DNA of 64,000 bases from a virus: positions 1-64,000 of the IMG/VR virus record IMGVR_UViG_3300042549_008312. The stretch is one strand, 5' to 3'. This document shows positions 37,353-48,171 of this stretch, piece by piece (position 1 is the first letter of the stretch; every line of letters starts with the position of its first letter). The position numbers and the translations under genes are program-made. Below the pieces are notes generated by a model. The model was given only the letters and a program-made list of their open reading frames with translations. It made no database searches and was not told the DNA's origin.

Positions 37353-37589
37353 TTATTGGTTAATAACCAACTCTTTATGGTCAATTTTTTTCAATTCGGT
37401 ATCTAATTCATGTTTTTTTCTTTTATTATGACTGTATTTGTAAACATTAAACGTCAAATACGGTAAATAAATCAGATAGAATGACCATAAGAATAATGGT
37501 ACCCCGCCACCGAATAATAATAGAAATGGTGAAAAAATGATAACTATATCCATGGTACAGGATATTATTTCAATCTGTCTATAACTCAT
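37353..37589 (-). CDS. Small membrane protein
   Basis: Hydrophobic central region. Confidence 0.5.
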   Translation of the reverse strand: MSYRQIEIISCTMDIVIIFSPFLLLFGGGVPLFLWSFYLIYLPYLTFNVYKYSHNKRKKHELDTELKKIDHKELVINQ

Positions 37590-38806
37590 GTTGTTACTCT
37601 TCTAAGTTTCCCGTTTAAGAAGGATTTATAATTAGGACCTTTCAAAATAATAATCTCATTACCTTCTCTTTTAAATCTGAAGATACCAGCGGCTTCCGCT
37701 GCATCAAGCAATGTTTGTAAATAACCTTGCTTATGTTTTAAATTATTTTGTTCAAAAAAGTCGTCCAGAATTGGTTTTCTAGCTGTGCTAATGAAACCTA
37801 TTAAGTCTAAAATAATTTTGTTCTTATTTGGTGAACTAAAAGAATACGAGAAACTTGGATTGTCTGTTTTCCAGAAAATAAACTCAGTATTAAACGGTTC
37901 TAATGTGATAACTCTAGTATCAATGAATTTTTTAAGTAGGTTAAAATATGTTTTACGGAAAAATCTTTCGGCAACAAAGGCATCCGTTGGGATTCTGTAG
38001 ATTTCTAAGAAGTGGTTGATAAAGATTTTACCTTGTCTATTCTTAACTTTAATCTTAACTTTGTTTGAATCACCTGGAAATAAAACTGTTTCAACAAGTA
38101 TTGTTGGTGCTTTAACTGATTCCCATGTAATCATTAACTTACCATCTTCTTTCAAAGTTTTAATAGGTTTCCAATCACCAAGATCGCTTGATAATTTATA
38201 ATCATTGAACTTACTTTCAAACACAGATTTTAAAACCAAATCCACCCTTCTTGGGTTTTGTGTTTTTTTAACCTTTGCTTGTGTTGGTATGTGTGGTGTT
38301 TGCCCAGCGGTTGGTTCCTTTGTAATAGGAACATCTTTTACCGTATTTTTAATTTGTTTGTTAATAACAGGTGCTGGCGCTGGTGCAGCGGGTCTTGGTG
38401 CTGGCGCTGGCGCTGGAACAGGCTTTGGTTCTAATTCAGCATCAATTTCACTAAATAGGTCTTCCAATAACTCTTCATTTTCTTTTAAGATTGGTATTTT
38501 CATTTGATACCCGTCATAAAAATCAGATGAATTAATATCAACAGCATCCATGTCAATGGAATACCCAGACTCTTCTAAAACTTCTGAGATTCTGTTATGT
38601 AAGAAATCTTCTAGAAAAAATTCTAAAGAGCTTTCTTCATCAAAGTTTCTTGTCGCTTTTTTAATCTCATTAATTGTGATGATTTCACGATATAAACCCG
38701 TATTTTCTAATCGATTATATGATAATTGAACACGATTGTTTTCCGACTTACCTTCACTAAGGATTTGCTCAACTATCAATTTTCTATATTGGTCAGATTT
38801 TCTCAT
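37586..38806 (-). CDS. Hypothetical protein with Pro/Ala linker
   Basis: PAPAPAPRPAAPAPAP linker; TATTTATA upstream. Confidence 0.65.
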   Translation of the reverse strand: MRKSDQYRKLIVEQILSEGKSENNRVQLSYNRLENTGLYREIITINEIKKATRNFDEESSLEFFLEDFLHNRISEVLEESGYSIDMDAVDINSSDFYDGYQMKIPILKENEELLEDLFSEIDAELEPKPVPAPAPAPRPAAPAPAPVINKQIKNTVKDVPITKEPTAGQTPHIPTQAKVKKTQNPRRVDLVLKSVFESKFNDYKLSSDLGDWKPIKTLKEDGKLMITWESVKAPTILVETVLFPGDSNKVKIKVKNRQGKIFINHFLEIYRIPTDAFVAERFFRKTYFNLLKKFIDTRVITLEPFNTEFIFWKTDNPSFSYSFSSPNKNKIILDLIGFISTARKPILDDFFEQNNLKHKQGYLQTLLDAAEAAGIFRFKREGNEIIILKGPNYKSFLNGKLRRVTT

Positions 38807-39051
38807 TATAATATAAATATCTTGTTTTTTAGCTTTATTCTTAAAAATAAAACTAATATTATTGTATTAATGATTTTAGAGGTAAGAATATGCAAAAAAA
38901 TGGCTGAAGTTCATGTCATTGACGGTATTAGCAAACGCCCAATTTCAATAATAAAAAGCAGTTTAGAGGCTCTAAATTCACTTATTATTGATCTTATGGG
39001 AAAATACACCATAACAACAATTAAACGTAACAGAAAGCGTTTATTGACGTA

Positions 39052-40734
39052 TTAATTATCGTATTTGATAATTGTAACTTCTGGCCCTCTTTTATTTTTA
39101 TTTAAAGAGGATATTTTTTCGTTTGTTATTGCGGTATCATCAATACAAATTGCAATAATTTCTGGTAGTGAACTTAATTTATCAGGAATGTTCGATAATT
39201 TTTCATTACCATGAAAATCCACCAAATATAACTTATCACAACCCAATATTTCATCTGTAATCGTTTTTATATTACAGTTAGAGGCTGTTAATCTAGCCAA
39301 GTTGGTTAATGTGTTAATGCCAGTTGGTAATTCCTTTAATTTAGCGTTATAATCCAAAACAATATCCGTTAGGTTAATCAAACCAGTTAAATCAAATTTA
39401 TTTTCAATCTTGCAACCAGAAAAATCAACAAAATTTAAATCTGTTAATTGGTTAATCCAAGATGGTACCTCAGTTAATAAATTATTTCTAACTTTTAGGT
39501 ATTTTAAATTCTTAAGATTTTTAATTGAGTTTGGTAATGACTCTAAACCGCAATCAGAAAAGTCTAATTTTTCCAAACTTTCTATGTCACCGATCTCATT
39601 CAAGATATCAGAATCCATTTTATTACCACTGAAATCTAAAACTTTTGGTTTAGACTCTTTCAACATCTTAATAATTTGATCACCGTATCCTAATTTTAAT
39701 AGGAACTGGATATCATCGTTAACTTTGTTCTTTAACTGTCTTTTTGGTAAAACAGTTTTGGTGATGTACTTTTTGAAGTAGTCTTTAATATCTTTATTCG
39801 TATAAAAGAAATCGTTAATATCAATCGGCCTGTCTGGGATGTTCATGTATTGCTGATCCTCAAAATGGAATTGCATACGAACATTTGGGTCATTCTTAGC
39901 GGCTTTTTTAGAACCATAACCTTTTTTGATTAAAACAAACAACTCCCCACGGCCATGATATGAATCAAACATACTACCATATCTTGTACCAGCTGTACAC
40001 CAAGTTGTATATTTACCAAATTCAACATTTGCTTCTTTATCGTGAGTTATAACAATAACCCAATCTTTATTTTCAAATACTAATTCAGCACGACCAACGG
40101 TTTCATCATAATCTTTACTTTTTTCAATAAAAAGTTGGTGATTCTTAATGCAATTTAATTCTTTGGGGTCAAGTGTATGCACATTATCGGAAGATCCGTC
40201 ATCATCCATCATCGTATATGGCAACACAACCTCACTAAGTGTTTGGTAATCTGGATATTTGTTGATATCTCTCTTACTTTCATTCAAAACATTTGATTTT
40301 TTTAATAAAGAGAATGTGTCCAATGAACCTTTAACTGTTGTGTATAGATCTTCGTAGAAATTACTATTAATATTGGCATCTCGATCTGTTGGTGTGTAGG
40401 AAATTAATTGATTTTTGTATAAACCAAGTAACCATTGTAAATTTTCTTTGTTTGGTGTTGGGTCACATTCAACTAAAAAATTAAACACAACTTCTCTTGG
40501 TGTATTTTCATCACCAATATAGTTTGAGATAGGAATTTGCATATTTGACAAAAACGTAAATAAGTAACGATCATAAAAGAAGTCCTCTGGTTCTTTATAT
40601 GTCATACCATGGAGACTAGTAAAACCCTCGTGTCTTGGGTTAAACTTATCTAACTGTCCTCTTTTAACAGCTTTTCCATATGTTGCTTTAAATGAGTTTT
40701 CATATAGAAACTCAACTCGTGTTTTCTTTTCCAT
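39052..40734 (-). CDS. Leucine-rich-repeat protein with N-terminal T.WCT (PcfJ-like) domain
   Basis: About 7 LxxLxxLxxLxLxxNxLxxLP repeats; YTTWCTA...F.SY. Confidence 0.85.
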   Translation of the reverse strand: MEKKTRVEFLYENSFKATYGKAVKRGQLDKFNPRHEGFTSLHGMTYKEPEDFFYDRYLFTFLSNMQIPISNYIGDENTPREVVFNFLVECDPTPNKENLQWLLGLYKNQLISYTPTDRDANINSNFYEDLYTTVKGSLDTFSLLKKSNVLNESKRDINKYPDYQTLSEVVLPYTMMDDDGSSDNVHTLDPKELNCIKNHQLFIEKSKDYDETVGRAELVFENKDWVIVITHDKEANVEFGKYTTWCTAGTRYGSMFDSYHGRGELFVLIKKGYGSKKAAKNDPNVRMQFHFEDQQYMNIPDRPIDINDFFYTNKDIKDYFKKYITKTVLPKRQLKNKVNDDIQFLLKLGYGDQIIKMLKESKPKVLDFSGNKMDSDILNEIGDIESLEKLDFSDCGLESLPNSIKNLKNLKYLKVRNNLLTEVPSWINQLTDLNFVDFSGCKIENKFDLTGLINLTDIVLDYNAKLKELPTGINTLTNLARLTASNCNIKTITDEILGCDKLYLVDFHGNEKLSNIPDKLSSLPEIIAICIDDTAITNEKISSLNKNKRGPEVTIIKYDN

Positions 40735-40793
40735 ATTACAAAAGTATACAAAAAATCCTTAACAACAAAGTGTTTCGAATAAAATTTTTAAAA

Positions 40794-41264
40794 TTAAAGA
40801 AGAACTCTAGTTGAATTGATATAATCAACCGATTCGAATAGGTTTTTACCTTTTTCTTGTGTTTTGATGAATTTCTTAACCAATTGGCCAGCAATTGCGT
40901 TTGCCTCATCCTCTATTTCACCACCAATGTCTTGTACTGGTTTTACAATACGATCATCCTCATATTGTTTCTTATGAACCATTTCATGAGCAACACTTCT
41001 CATTACATCACCCAACATTCTATTCTTAGCGTAAACACAAACAAGTTTATCTTTATCACGATAAAACGCTGTTGTTACAACACCGTTTTTATCTCTATCA
41101 TGACATAATAAGCATTCGAAGTCACCAGATAAATCCAATTCCTTACAACAAAACTCTATGAAAGATTTTGCTGTTTCAAACTTATCTTCAGGAAACTCAA
41201 GACCATCCTCGATTTTTAAATCGCAAGACGGTGCTTTACCTTTTATGACTTCTAGTAATTTCAT
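40794..41264 (-). CDS. Putative zincin metallopeptidase
   Basis: AHEMVH..Q and E.EANA.AG. Confidence 0.7.
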   Translation of the reverse strand: MKLLEVIKGKAPSCDLKIEDGLEFPEDKFETAKSFIEFCCKELDLSGDFECLLCHDRDKNGVVTTAFYRDKDKLVCVYAKNRMLGDVMRSVAHEMVHKKQYEDDRIVKPVQDIGGEIEDEANAIAGQLVKKFIKTQEKGKNLFESVDYINSTRVLL

Positions 41265-44200
41265 TATAATAAATTATTTATATCCCTATTCTTAAATGAA
41301 CCTGCGGTTCCGTTTGTTCCCATTAAGTAGTTAACTGATGGCGCTTGTACATATTGTTGTTTCTGTGTGTTAACAACCAACCAATCGAAACCATCATATA
41401 ATAACTCAACACTTTCTAAAGTTTCCAATGGGAAAAAATAACCAGCGTTAGTGAGTCTTGTATTAATGTTGGATGCGATGATTCTATCCTGTGTACCACC
41501 TGAAACCCATTTACTCGCAACAATCAAATCATTTATGTTATTTAAGTTGTTTCTTTTTGTAACAAATTTAATAACCCTACTCTCATCGTTCGCACTTACA
41601 AATGGTGGTAACACAACAATATAATTTTCTGTTGATCCTGTGCTAACAACATCCAAAACAACATATGTTAATTTAGATGTAAAACCTGTTATTTGTAACT
41701 CTTTAACTTGTATTGGATCTGTATTAGCACTTGTTGTAAATATAAGATTAAAAGTGTCACCAGTAAAGCTATTTTCATCTAAGAATATAAATCCGTGTGT
41801 TGTTACACCTTCTTTTGATTGAGCATCATTGGTTGGGTCAAAGTCAACTTGAACTGTTGAGCTATCACTATTTTGTATTTCAAGTACTGTGTTGGTTAAT
41901 GTTGCACCTGTTACAATGGCACCACTTAAACCTGATGTACCAGAACTACCGTTTTCGCCAGCTGTTCCTGAAGACCCGTTTTCTCCGCTTGTTCCAGAAG
42001 AACCTGATTCACCACTTGTACCATTCTCTCCTGATGTACCTGAAGACCCTGATTCACCACTTGTTCCTGAAGAACCGCTTTCACCAGCTGTTCCTGAAAT
42101 ACCAGAAGTTCCGTTGGTACCATCTACACCAGACAAACCTGAAGAACCGTTTTCTCCTGAAGATCCTGAAGAACCATCAACACCACTTGTTCCATTCTCT
42201 CCACTTGTTCCTGAAACACCAGAAGTGCCAGCTGTTCCTGTTTCACCGCTTGAACCAGATGATCCCGACTCACCAGATGTACCTGAAGAACCACTTTCCC
42301 CAGCTGTTCCTGAAGATCCTGTTTCACCAGAAGTTCCTGAAGAACCACTTTCCCCAGAAGATCCAGAAGATCCTGTTTCACCAGAAGTTCCTGAAGAACC
42401 ACTTTCTCCACTTGTTCCCGACTCACCAGAAGAACCTGAAGAACCGCTTTCCCCAGAAGTTCCTGAAGATCCTGATTCACCTGATGATCCTGAAGAACCA
42501 TCAACACCACTTGTTCCAGTTTCACCACTTGTTCCTGATTCACCTGAAGTACCAGCTGTTCCTGTTTCACCGCTTGAACCAGATGTTCCTGTTTCTCCCG
42601 ATGTTCCTGAAGAACCACTTTCACCAGCTGTACCTGATTCACCTGAAGTACCAGATGTTCCAGATTCACCAGATGTTCCTGTTTCTCCCGATGTTCCTGA
42701 AGAACCACTTTCACCAGCTGTACCTGATTCACCTGAAGTACCAGATGTTCCAGATTCACCAGATGTTCCTGAGGTTCCTGATGAACCTGAAGTTCCACTT
42801 GTGCCTACGCAAACTCCGTTACTTAAAATCGTACCATTACCCGAAATTATAACTATGCTGGGAGTACTCCCGAAACTAAGCGCACAAAATGTTAAAGAAC
42901 CACTTGTTACAGGCCCCACACTTACTAAAGCACCCGAGCAATCATTGTAATCAAAATATAAATCACCGCCACCTACTTGATAGGTTACAGTATAACTTAA
43001 ACAACTTAAACCATCAACACCTGATGTTCCAGAAGATCCATCAACACCCGAAGTTCCAGAAGATCCATCAACACCTGATGTTCCAGAAGATCCAGCCTCA
43101 CCACTCGTCCCACTTTCTCCTGAAGTACCAGATGATCCAGTTTCGCCAGAAGTTCCTGATTCACCACTTGTTCCTGAAGAACCAGTTTCGCCAGATGTAC
43201 CTGAAGATCCGCTTTCTCCAGCTGTACCTGATTCACCAGATGTTCCTGAAGATCCACTTTCTCCAGCTGTTCCTGATTCACCTGAAGTACCAGCTGTTCC
43301 TGTTTCTCCGCTTGTTCCTGAAGAACCACTTTCCCCTGATGTTCCAGTTTCACCTGATGTTCCTGAAGAACCAGACTCACCAGATGTTCCAGTTTCACCG
43401 CTTGTTCCGCTTTCTCCTGAAGTACCAGAAGATCCACTTTCTCCAGCTGTTCCTGAAGATCCCGATTCACCAGATGTACCCGAAGAACCGCTTTCCCCAG
43501 CTGTTCCTGAAACACCAGAAGTTCCGTTAGTACCATCTACACCAGACAAACCTGAAGATCCGTTTTCTCCTGAAGACCCTGAAGATCCAGATTCACCTGA
43601 TGTTCCATTATCACCACTTGTTCCTGAAGATCCTGTTTCACCAGAAGTACCTGAAGAACCGCTTTCTCCAGCTGTACCACTTTCCCCACTTGTTCCTGAA
43701 GAACCCGACTCACCACTTGTTCCTGAAGACCCTGTTTCACCAGAAGTTCCTGAAGAACCAGACTCACCAGATGTTCCAGTTTCACCGCTTGTTCCTGAAG
43801 AACCAGTTTCACCTGAAGTACCAGAAGATCCGCTTTCCCCAGATGTTCCAGTTTCACCGCTTGTTCCTGATTCACCAGAAGTACCAGAAGATCCAGTTTC
43901 ACCGCTTGTTCCTGAAGAACCACTTTCTCCAGCTGTTCCTGAAGAACCGCTTTCACCAGAAGTTCCTGAAGATCCAGTTGCCCCACTTGTTCCTGAAGTT
44001 CCAGCGACACCGCCAGTTCCAGCCCCACCAGTACCTGGTACCAATGGCCAACCTAAAAATGCAGCGGTTGTATTACTAATCTTTATATAAACAGGTAATG
44101 GATTACTACCTGGTTTTACATCTGTTACATAATTGGTTGTTGTACCAGTCATGTCATAATATAAGACATCACCAATGGAACCAAGACCAGTTAAACTTAA

Positions 44201-44923
44201 ACCACCAGTAATTTTACCGAATGGTCTAACTGTCATGTTACCATCCTCTGGTTCATTAACACTTGTGATTACACCAAAAGCTTTTTCTAATTGGGATTGA
44301 TTTGTGTCATCAACAACTTGAAATTGTCCAGTTGAATCTAAATAAACTAATTGGCTGACTGTATAACCAGTTGCATATAATAAACTTGTATCATCATTAT
44401 TATAGTAAGAAGCTATTAAATTTCTATATTGAAATCTTGCGTATAAGTCATTTACCCAATAGTTAATATCTGGTAAATTACTTCTAAGTAATTCAACCGA
44501 ACTTAATACTGGATCACCATCGTCAGATAGGTTAAATAATAAACCATAATTACCATCAATTGGTATGTTATTACCACTTAAAGAAGTATCAGATAATAAA
44601 TTATATAGACCGACATCTTTTAAAACAACATCAATCTCAGTAGCACTTGTTGGTGATGATACACTAATAATTTCGTATGAAAAACCGTTATTCGATTGAC
44701 CAAACCACATACCCGCAACTACTTGGTTGGCATCGTATGTATAAGCATTCGGTGTAATTCTATCATCTGATGTGATAGTTGGTATAACCTCTAATGTTGC
44801 GGTAAACGTATAACCATACCCATTGTATATACTACTAGGATTTGTATATGTTGTATCAGTAGCAACTGTACCAGACTTAATTCTGGCAACAAATGTTATT
44901 GGTAATGTTGATAAATTAGCCAT
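41264..44923 (-). CDS. Gly-X-X (GSS/GTS/GES) repeat fibre-like virion protein
   Basis: Two long Gly-every-third Ser/Thr/Glu tracts between globular domains. Confidence 0.8.
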   Translation of the reverse strand: MANLSTLPITFVARIKSGTVATDTTYTNPSSIYNGYGYTFTATLEVIPTITSDDRITPNAYTYDANQVVAGMWFGQSNNGFSYEIISVSSPTSATEIDVVLKDVGLYNLLSDTSLSGNNIPIDGNYGLLFNLSDDGDPVLSSVELLRSNLPDINYWVNDLYARFQYRNLIASYYNNDDTSLLYATGYTVSQLVYLDSTGQFQVVDDTNQSQLEKAFGVITSVNEPEDGNMTVRPFGKITGGLSLTGLGSIGDVLYYDMTGTTTNYVTDVKPGSNPLPVYIKISNTTAAFLGWPLVPGTGGAGTGGVAGTSGTSGATGSSGTSGESGSSGTAGESGSSGTSGETGSSGTSGESGTSGETGTSGESGSSGTSGETGSSGTSGETGTSGESGSSGTSGETGSSGTSGESGSSGTSGESGTAGESGSSGTSGETGSSGTSGDNGTSGESGSSGSSGENGSSGLSGVDGTNGTSGVSGTAGESGSSGTSGESGSSGTAGESGSSGTSGESGTSGETGTSGESGSSGTSGETGTSGESGSSGTSGETGTAGTSGESGTAGESGSSGTSGESGTAGESGSSGTSGETGSSGTSGESGTSGETGSSGTSGESGTSGEAGSSGTSGVDGSSGTSGVDGSSGTSGVDGLSCLSYTVTYQVGGGDLYFDYNDCSGALVSVGPVTSGSLTFCALSFGSTPSIVIISGNGTILSNGVCVGTSGTSGSSGTSGTSGESGTSGTSGESGTAGESGSSGTSGETGTSGESGTSGTSGESGTAGESGSSGTSGETGTSGSSGETGTAGTSGESGTSGETGTSGVDGSSGSSGESGSSGTSGESGSSGSSGESGTSGESGSSGTSGETGSSGSSGESGSSGTSGETGSSGTAGESGSSGTSGESGSSGSSGETGTAGTSGVSGTSGENGTSGVDGSSGSSGENGSSGLSGVDGTNGTSGISGTAGESGSSGTSGESGSSGTSGENGTSGESGSSGTSGENGSSGTAGENGSSGTSGLSGAIVTGATLTNTVLEIQNSDSSTVQVDFDPTNDAQSKEGVTTHGFIFLDENSFTGDTFNLIFTTSANTDPIQVKELQITGFTSKLTYVVLDVVSTGSTENYIVVLPPFVSANDESRVIKFVTKRNNLNNINDLIVASKWVSGGTQDRIIASNINTRLTNAGYFFPLETLESVELLYDGFDWLVVNTQKQQYVQAPSVNYLMGTNGTAGSFKNRDINNLL

Positions 44924-44933
44924 TTATTAATTT

Positions 44934-47309
44934 TTATATATAGATGTCGTTAGTTGGTAATTGAAATGTTATATAACCATATGCGGTACCCGTACCATAT
45001 ATACCCATATTTAATGTAGATAACGATTTAAAGTTCATTGTTGTTTTAGCTGTGTTCTGTACAACCACTGATTGTGATGTCGCTGTACCATGCATCATCC
45101 TACTCATGAAATCACCAGTACTTAATTGTGCGTGTGTCATAAAGTTAATTGGCCAGACACCTAATGGATGTGTTATTGTTATTTCATTCGCACCGTTTCT
45201 TGTAAATATCCAACCACCAGAACCTGATGCGATTGTAGCGCCTGAAGGATCTTTAGCTAAAACAAAAGGAGACCCAATCAAACTACCACCACTATATTCT
45301 AATTTAATAATATAAACACCTGAACCACCCGCTGGTGAAGTACCACTTGTACCAGCGGCACCAGATGTTCCTGATGAACCAATGCCACCATCGGCACCCG
45401 CAGTACCAGAAGAACCGCTTTCCCCAGAAGAACCAGAAGTACCAGGACCACCAGATGTTCCTGAAGAACCAGCTTCACCAGATGTTCCTGAAGAACCAGC
45501 TTCACCAGATGTTCCTGTTAAACCAGATGTTCCTGAAGAGCCTGATTCACCACTTGTTCCTGAAGAACCGCTTTCCCCAGCTGTTCCTGAAGAACCTGAT
45601 TCACCACTTGTTCCTGAAGAACCAGAAGTACCAGGGCCACCAGAAGTACCAGCTGAACCAGATGTTCCATTTTCACCGCTTGTTCCTGAAGAACCTGATT
45701 CACCGCTTGTTCCTGAAGATCCAGCTGTTCCTGTTAAACCTGAAGATCCACTTGTTCCTGAAGAACCTGATTCCCCAGAAGATCCAGAAGATCCGCTTTC
45801 TCCTGAAGTACCACTTGAGCCTGATTCCCCAGAAGATCCAGAAGATCCTGTTGCACCAATTGTACCTTGTAAGTTGCTTGTTGAAGGTGTTACACCACCA
45901 GATGTGGCAAAAACAATATTTGTTAAAGTAATCTCTAATTGACCAGTAGCTGGGTTATAAGTAATAACCCTACCTTCAGCGTAATTTGAGATATCATATG
46001 CTACAACAACCGATTCACCAGGCGAATAAGATAAATTAGGTGTTGTTGTTACAGTCATTGGTGTTGGAGTACTTAAAGATGAATAATCAACAGGGGCTAG
46101 TACCGAACCCAGATATTTATCACTTACACCAGCAGTTCCAGAAGTTCCACCGCCACCATCAGTTCCAGAAGTTCCAGGGCCACCGCTTGTTCCTGATGTT
46201 CCAGGTCCACCACTTGTTCCTGAAGTACCTGCTGTTCCAGAAGATCCTGATGATCCAGTACTACCACTTGTTCCTGATGAACCAGATGTTCCTGAAGAAC
46301 CAGCAGATCCTGAAGATCCATCACCACCAGAAGCACCGTCTAAGTTGATAGTCCAGCTAGTATGTAAACCAGCGCCAACAACTCTTGTTGGGACACCGAA
46401 TGTTAATAAACCTATTGTACCGTCATAAGTTATAACTTCACATTCTTGATAATTATTTATATCATATGTAATTACAATTGATTGAGCAGTGGTATAAGCT
46501 AACCCAGTACCAACTGTTATCGTACCAGGAAGACCTAATGTATGTGATGTTGAGGATGTTGTTTTATATAAATCACCATTGGCACCACTTGTTCCTGTTT
46601 CACCTGACGATCCTGAAGAACCACTTACACCAGCTGTTCCAGTAAAACCTGATGATCCTGAAGAACCAGATTCACCTGATGTTCCCGAAGAACCAGATTC
46701 ACCTGATGTTCCCGAAGAACCATCGGGACCTACAACACTTAGACCATCAGCACCCGAAGATCCAGATGAACCAGTAAAACCTGAAGTTCCAGATGAACCA
46801 GATGAACCAGATGTGCCGTATGATAAACCAGAAGATCCAGCTGAACCAGCTGTTCCAGTTAAACCAGATGTACCTGAAGACCCAGAGTTACCAGATGTTC
46901 CTGAAGTACCAGTACCGCCACCAGCTATTGAACTTAAATCAATATCAACCGTGCTGCCATCAGCAGCTGTGAAGGTTATAATATTTGTACCACTATCAAA
47001 TTCAGCGTTAACAAATTCAGCGCCAGTCCCACCACCACTTCCAGAGATTTTTCTCCAAAGAGTAATAGGTGTACCGTCAACTGTTATTGTTTCAGCGAAA
47101 TCACCACTATTATTATCATAGACAAACGCAGTGTGTGTCTGAAGGCACAAGTATAATGTTGTTGTCCCAGTTACTGTTACGTATGCAAACTGATCAGCCC
47201 TGAAGTCTTTTGCCGACCATTCGACAATCTCAAGGAACTGCATATTTGCATCTAACTCATTATGTGTTAATGGTCTGGATAGATTCGCTCTTAATACTAA
47301 ATTTGACAT
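44934..47309 (-). CDS. Gly-X-X repeat fibre-like virion protein
   Basis: N-terminal L.LR.....PLT..ELDAN anchor motif; three GSS/GTS tracts separated by two similar beta domains (L.Y..GE/AQS.V..YD..NY...V.TY....G.L). Confidence 0.8.
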   Translation of the reverse strand: MSNLVLRANLSRPLTHNELDANMQFLEIVEWSAKDFRADQFAYVTVTGTTTLYLCLQTHTAFVYDNNSGDFAETITVDGTPITLWRKISGSGGGTGAEFVNAEFDSGTNIITFTAADGSTVDIDLSSIAGGGTGTSGTSGNSGSSGTSGLTGTAGSAGSSGLSYGTSGSSGSSGTSGFTGSSGSSGADGLSVVGPDGSSGTSGESGSSGTSGESGSSGSSGFTGTAGVSGSSGSSGETGTSGANGDLYKTTSSTSHTLGLPGTITVGTGLAYTTAQSIVITYDINNYQECEVITYDGTIGLLTFGVPTRVVGAGLHTSWTINLDGASGGDGSSGSAGSSGTSGSSGTSGSTGSSGSSGTAGTSGTSGGPGTSGTSGGPGTSGTDGGGGTSGTAGVSDKYLGSVLAPVDYSSLSTPTPMTVTTTPNLSYSPGESVVVAYDISNYAEGRVITYNPATGQLEITLTNIVFATSGGVTPSTSNLQGTIGATGSSGSSGESGSSGTSGESGSSGSSGESGSSGTSGSSGLTGTAGSSGTSGESGSSGTSGENGTSGSAGTSGGPGTSGSSGTSGESGSSGTAGESGSSGTSGESGSSGTSGLTGTSGEAGSSGTSGEAGSSGTSGGPGTSGSSGESGSSGTAGADGGIGSSGTSGAAGTSGTSPAGGSGVYIIKLEYSGGSLIGSPFVLAKDPSGATIASGSGGWIFTRNGANEITITHPLGVWPINFMTHAQLSTGDFMSRMMHGTATSQSVVVQNTAKTTMNFKSLSTLNMGIYGTGTAYGYITFQLPTNDIYI

Positions 47310-47438
47310 TTTTTATATAAAATTTCTTTGATTTTATTATTACTTAATATAAATAGTTATTAATAGGAGAAAATGTCAGTCAAACCGATTAAAACTTAAT
47401 TTATTGAAAAATGTGCATATAAATAGCAATAGGGCATA

Positions 47439-47463
47439 AAAAAAGCCACTCGAAGGTGGCTTA
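47439..47463 (-). terminator. Intrinsic terminator
   Basis: aaaaagccac tcgaag gtggctt. Confidence 0.75.
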
Positions 47464-47468
47464 GTTTA

Positions 47469-48137
47469 TTATTTCTTTGGTTTTCGATTCATGACCGAAT
47501 CGATCATCCCGTATTCCTTGGCTTCATCAGCTCTCATCCAGTAATCCCTTTCAGAATCAGCATATACTTTATCATACTCTTGTCCAGTGTGGTGTGAAAT
47601 GATATCATACAATTCTTTCTTCAATTTACCGATCTCTCTTGCTGTGATTTCAATATCAGTTGCCTGACCTTCAGCACCACCTAATGGTTGGTGAATCATC
47701 ACTCTTGAGTGCGGTAATGCGTAACGTTTTCCTTCAGCTCCAGCACAAAGTAATACAGCGGCCATTGATGCGGCTAATCCTGTACATATTGTTGATACCT
47801 CTGGTTTAATGTATTGCATTGTATCATAGATACCCAAACCAGAATAAACAGAACCACCTGGAGAGTTTATGTAGATCTGAATACCAGCTTCTTTATCGAT
47901 TGATTCCAAGAAAAGTAATTGCGCCTGGATAATGTTGGATACTTGATCGTTGATGCCAGTACCCAAAAAGATAACCCTTTCCATCATTAAACGTGAGAAT
48001 ACATCCATCTGTGTGACGTTCATCTCTCTTTCCTCAATAATATAAGGGGTTATTGAACTGTTAAATCTGATAAGTGTTTCAGATTTAATTCCCATGTGCT
48101 TTGTAGCGTACTGATTAAACTCTTTTCCTAAATTCAT
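47469..48137 (-). CDS. clpP: ATP-dependent Clp protease proteolytic subunit
   Basis: MDVFSRLM.ER..FLG, YINSPGG, G.AASMA, MIHQP.GG, ERDYWM. Confidence 0.96.
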   Translation of the reverse strand: MNLGKEFNQYATKHMGIKSETLIRFNSSITPYIIEEREMNVTQMDVFSRLMMERVIFLGTGINDQVSNIIQAQLLFLESIDKEAGIQIYINSPGGSVYSGLGIYDTMQYIKPEVSTICTGLAASMAAVLLCAGAEGKRYALPHSRVMIHQPLGGAEGQATDIEITAREIGKLKKELYDIISHHTGQEYDKVYADSERDYWMRADEAKEYGMIDSVMNRKPKK

Positions 48138-48171
48138 ATGTTATTTTTTATTTGTTACAAATGTAATGATA

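Noticed and set aside
38726-39055. Plus-strand 109-aa ORF
   Set aside because: Its first half overlaps a real gene; only a shorter version from about 38870 is plausible, and it has no supporting motif
41797-47121. Long alternative-frame and antisense ORFs (VPEEP-, LQEQ-, FLKN-rich)
   Set aside because: Shadows of the Gly-X-X repeat coding sequence
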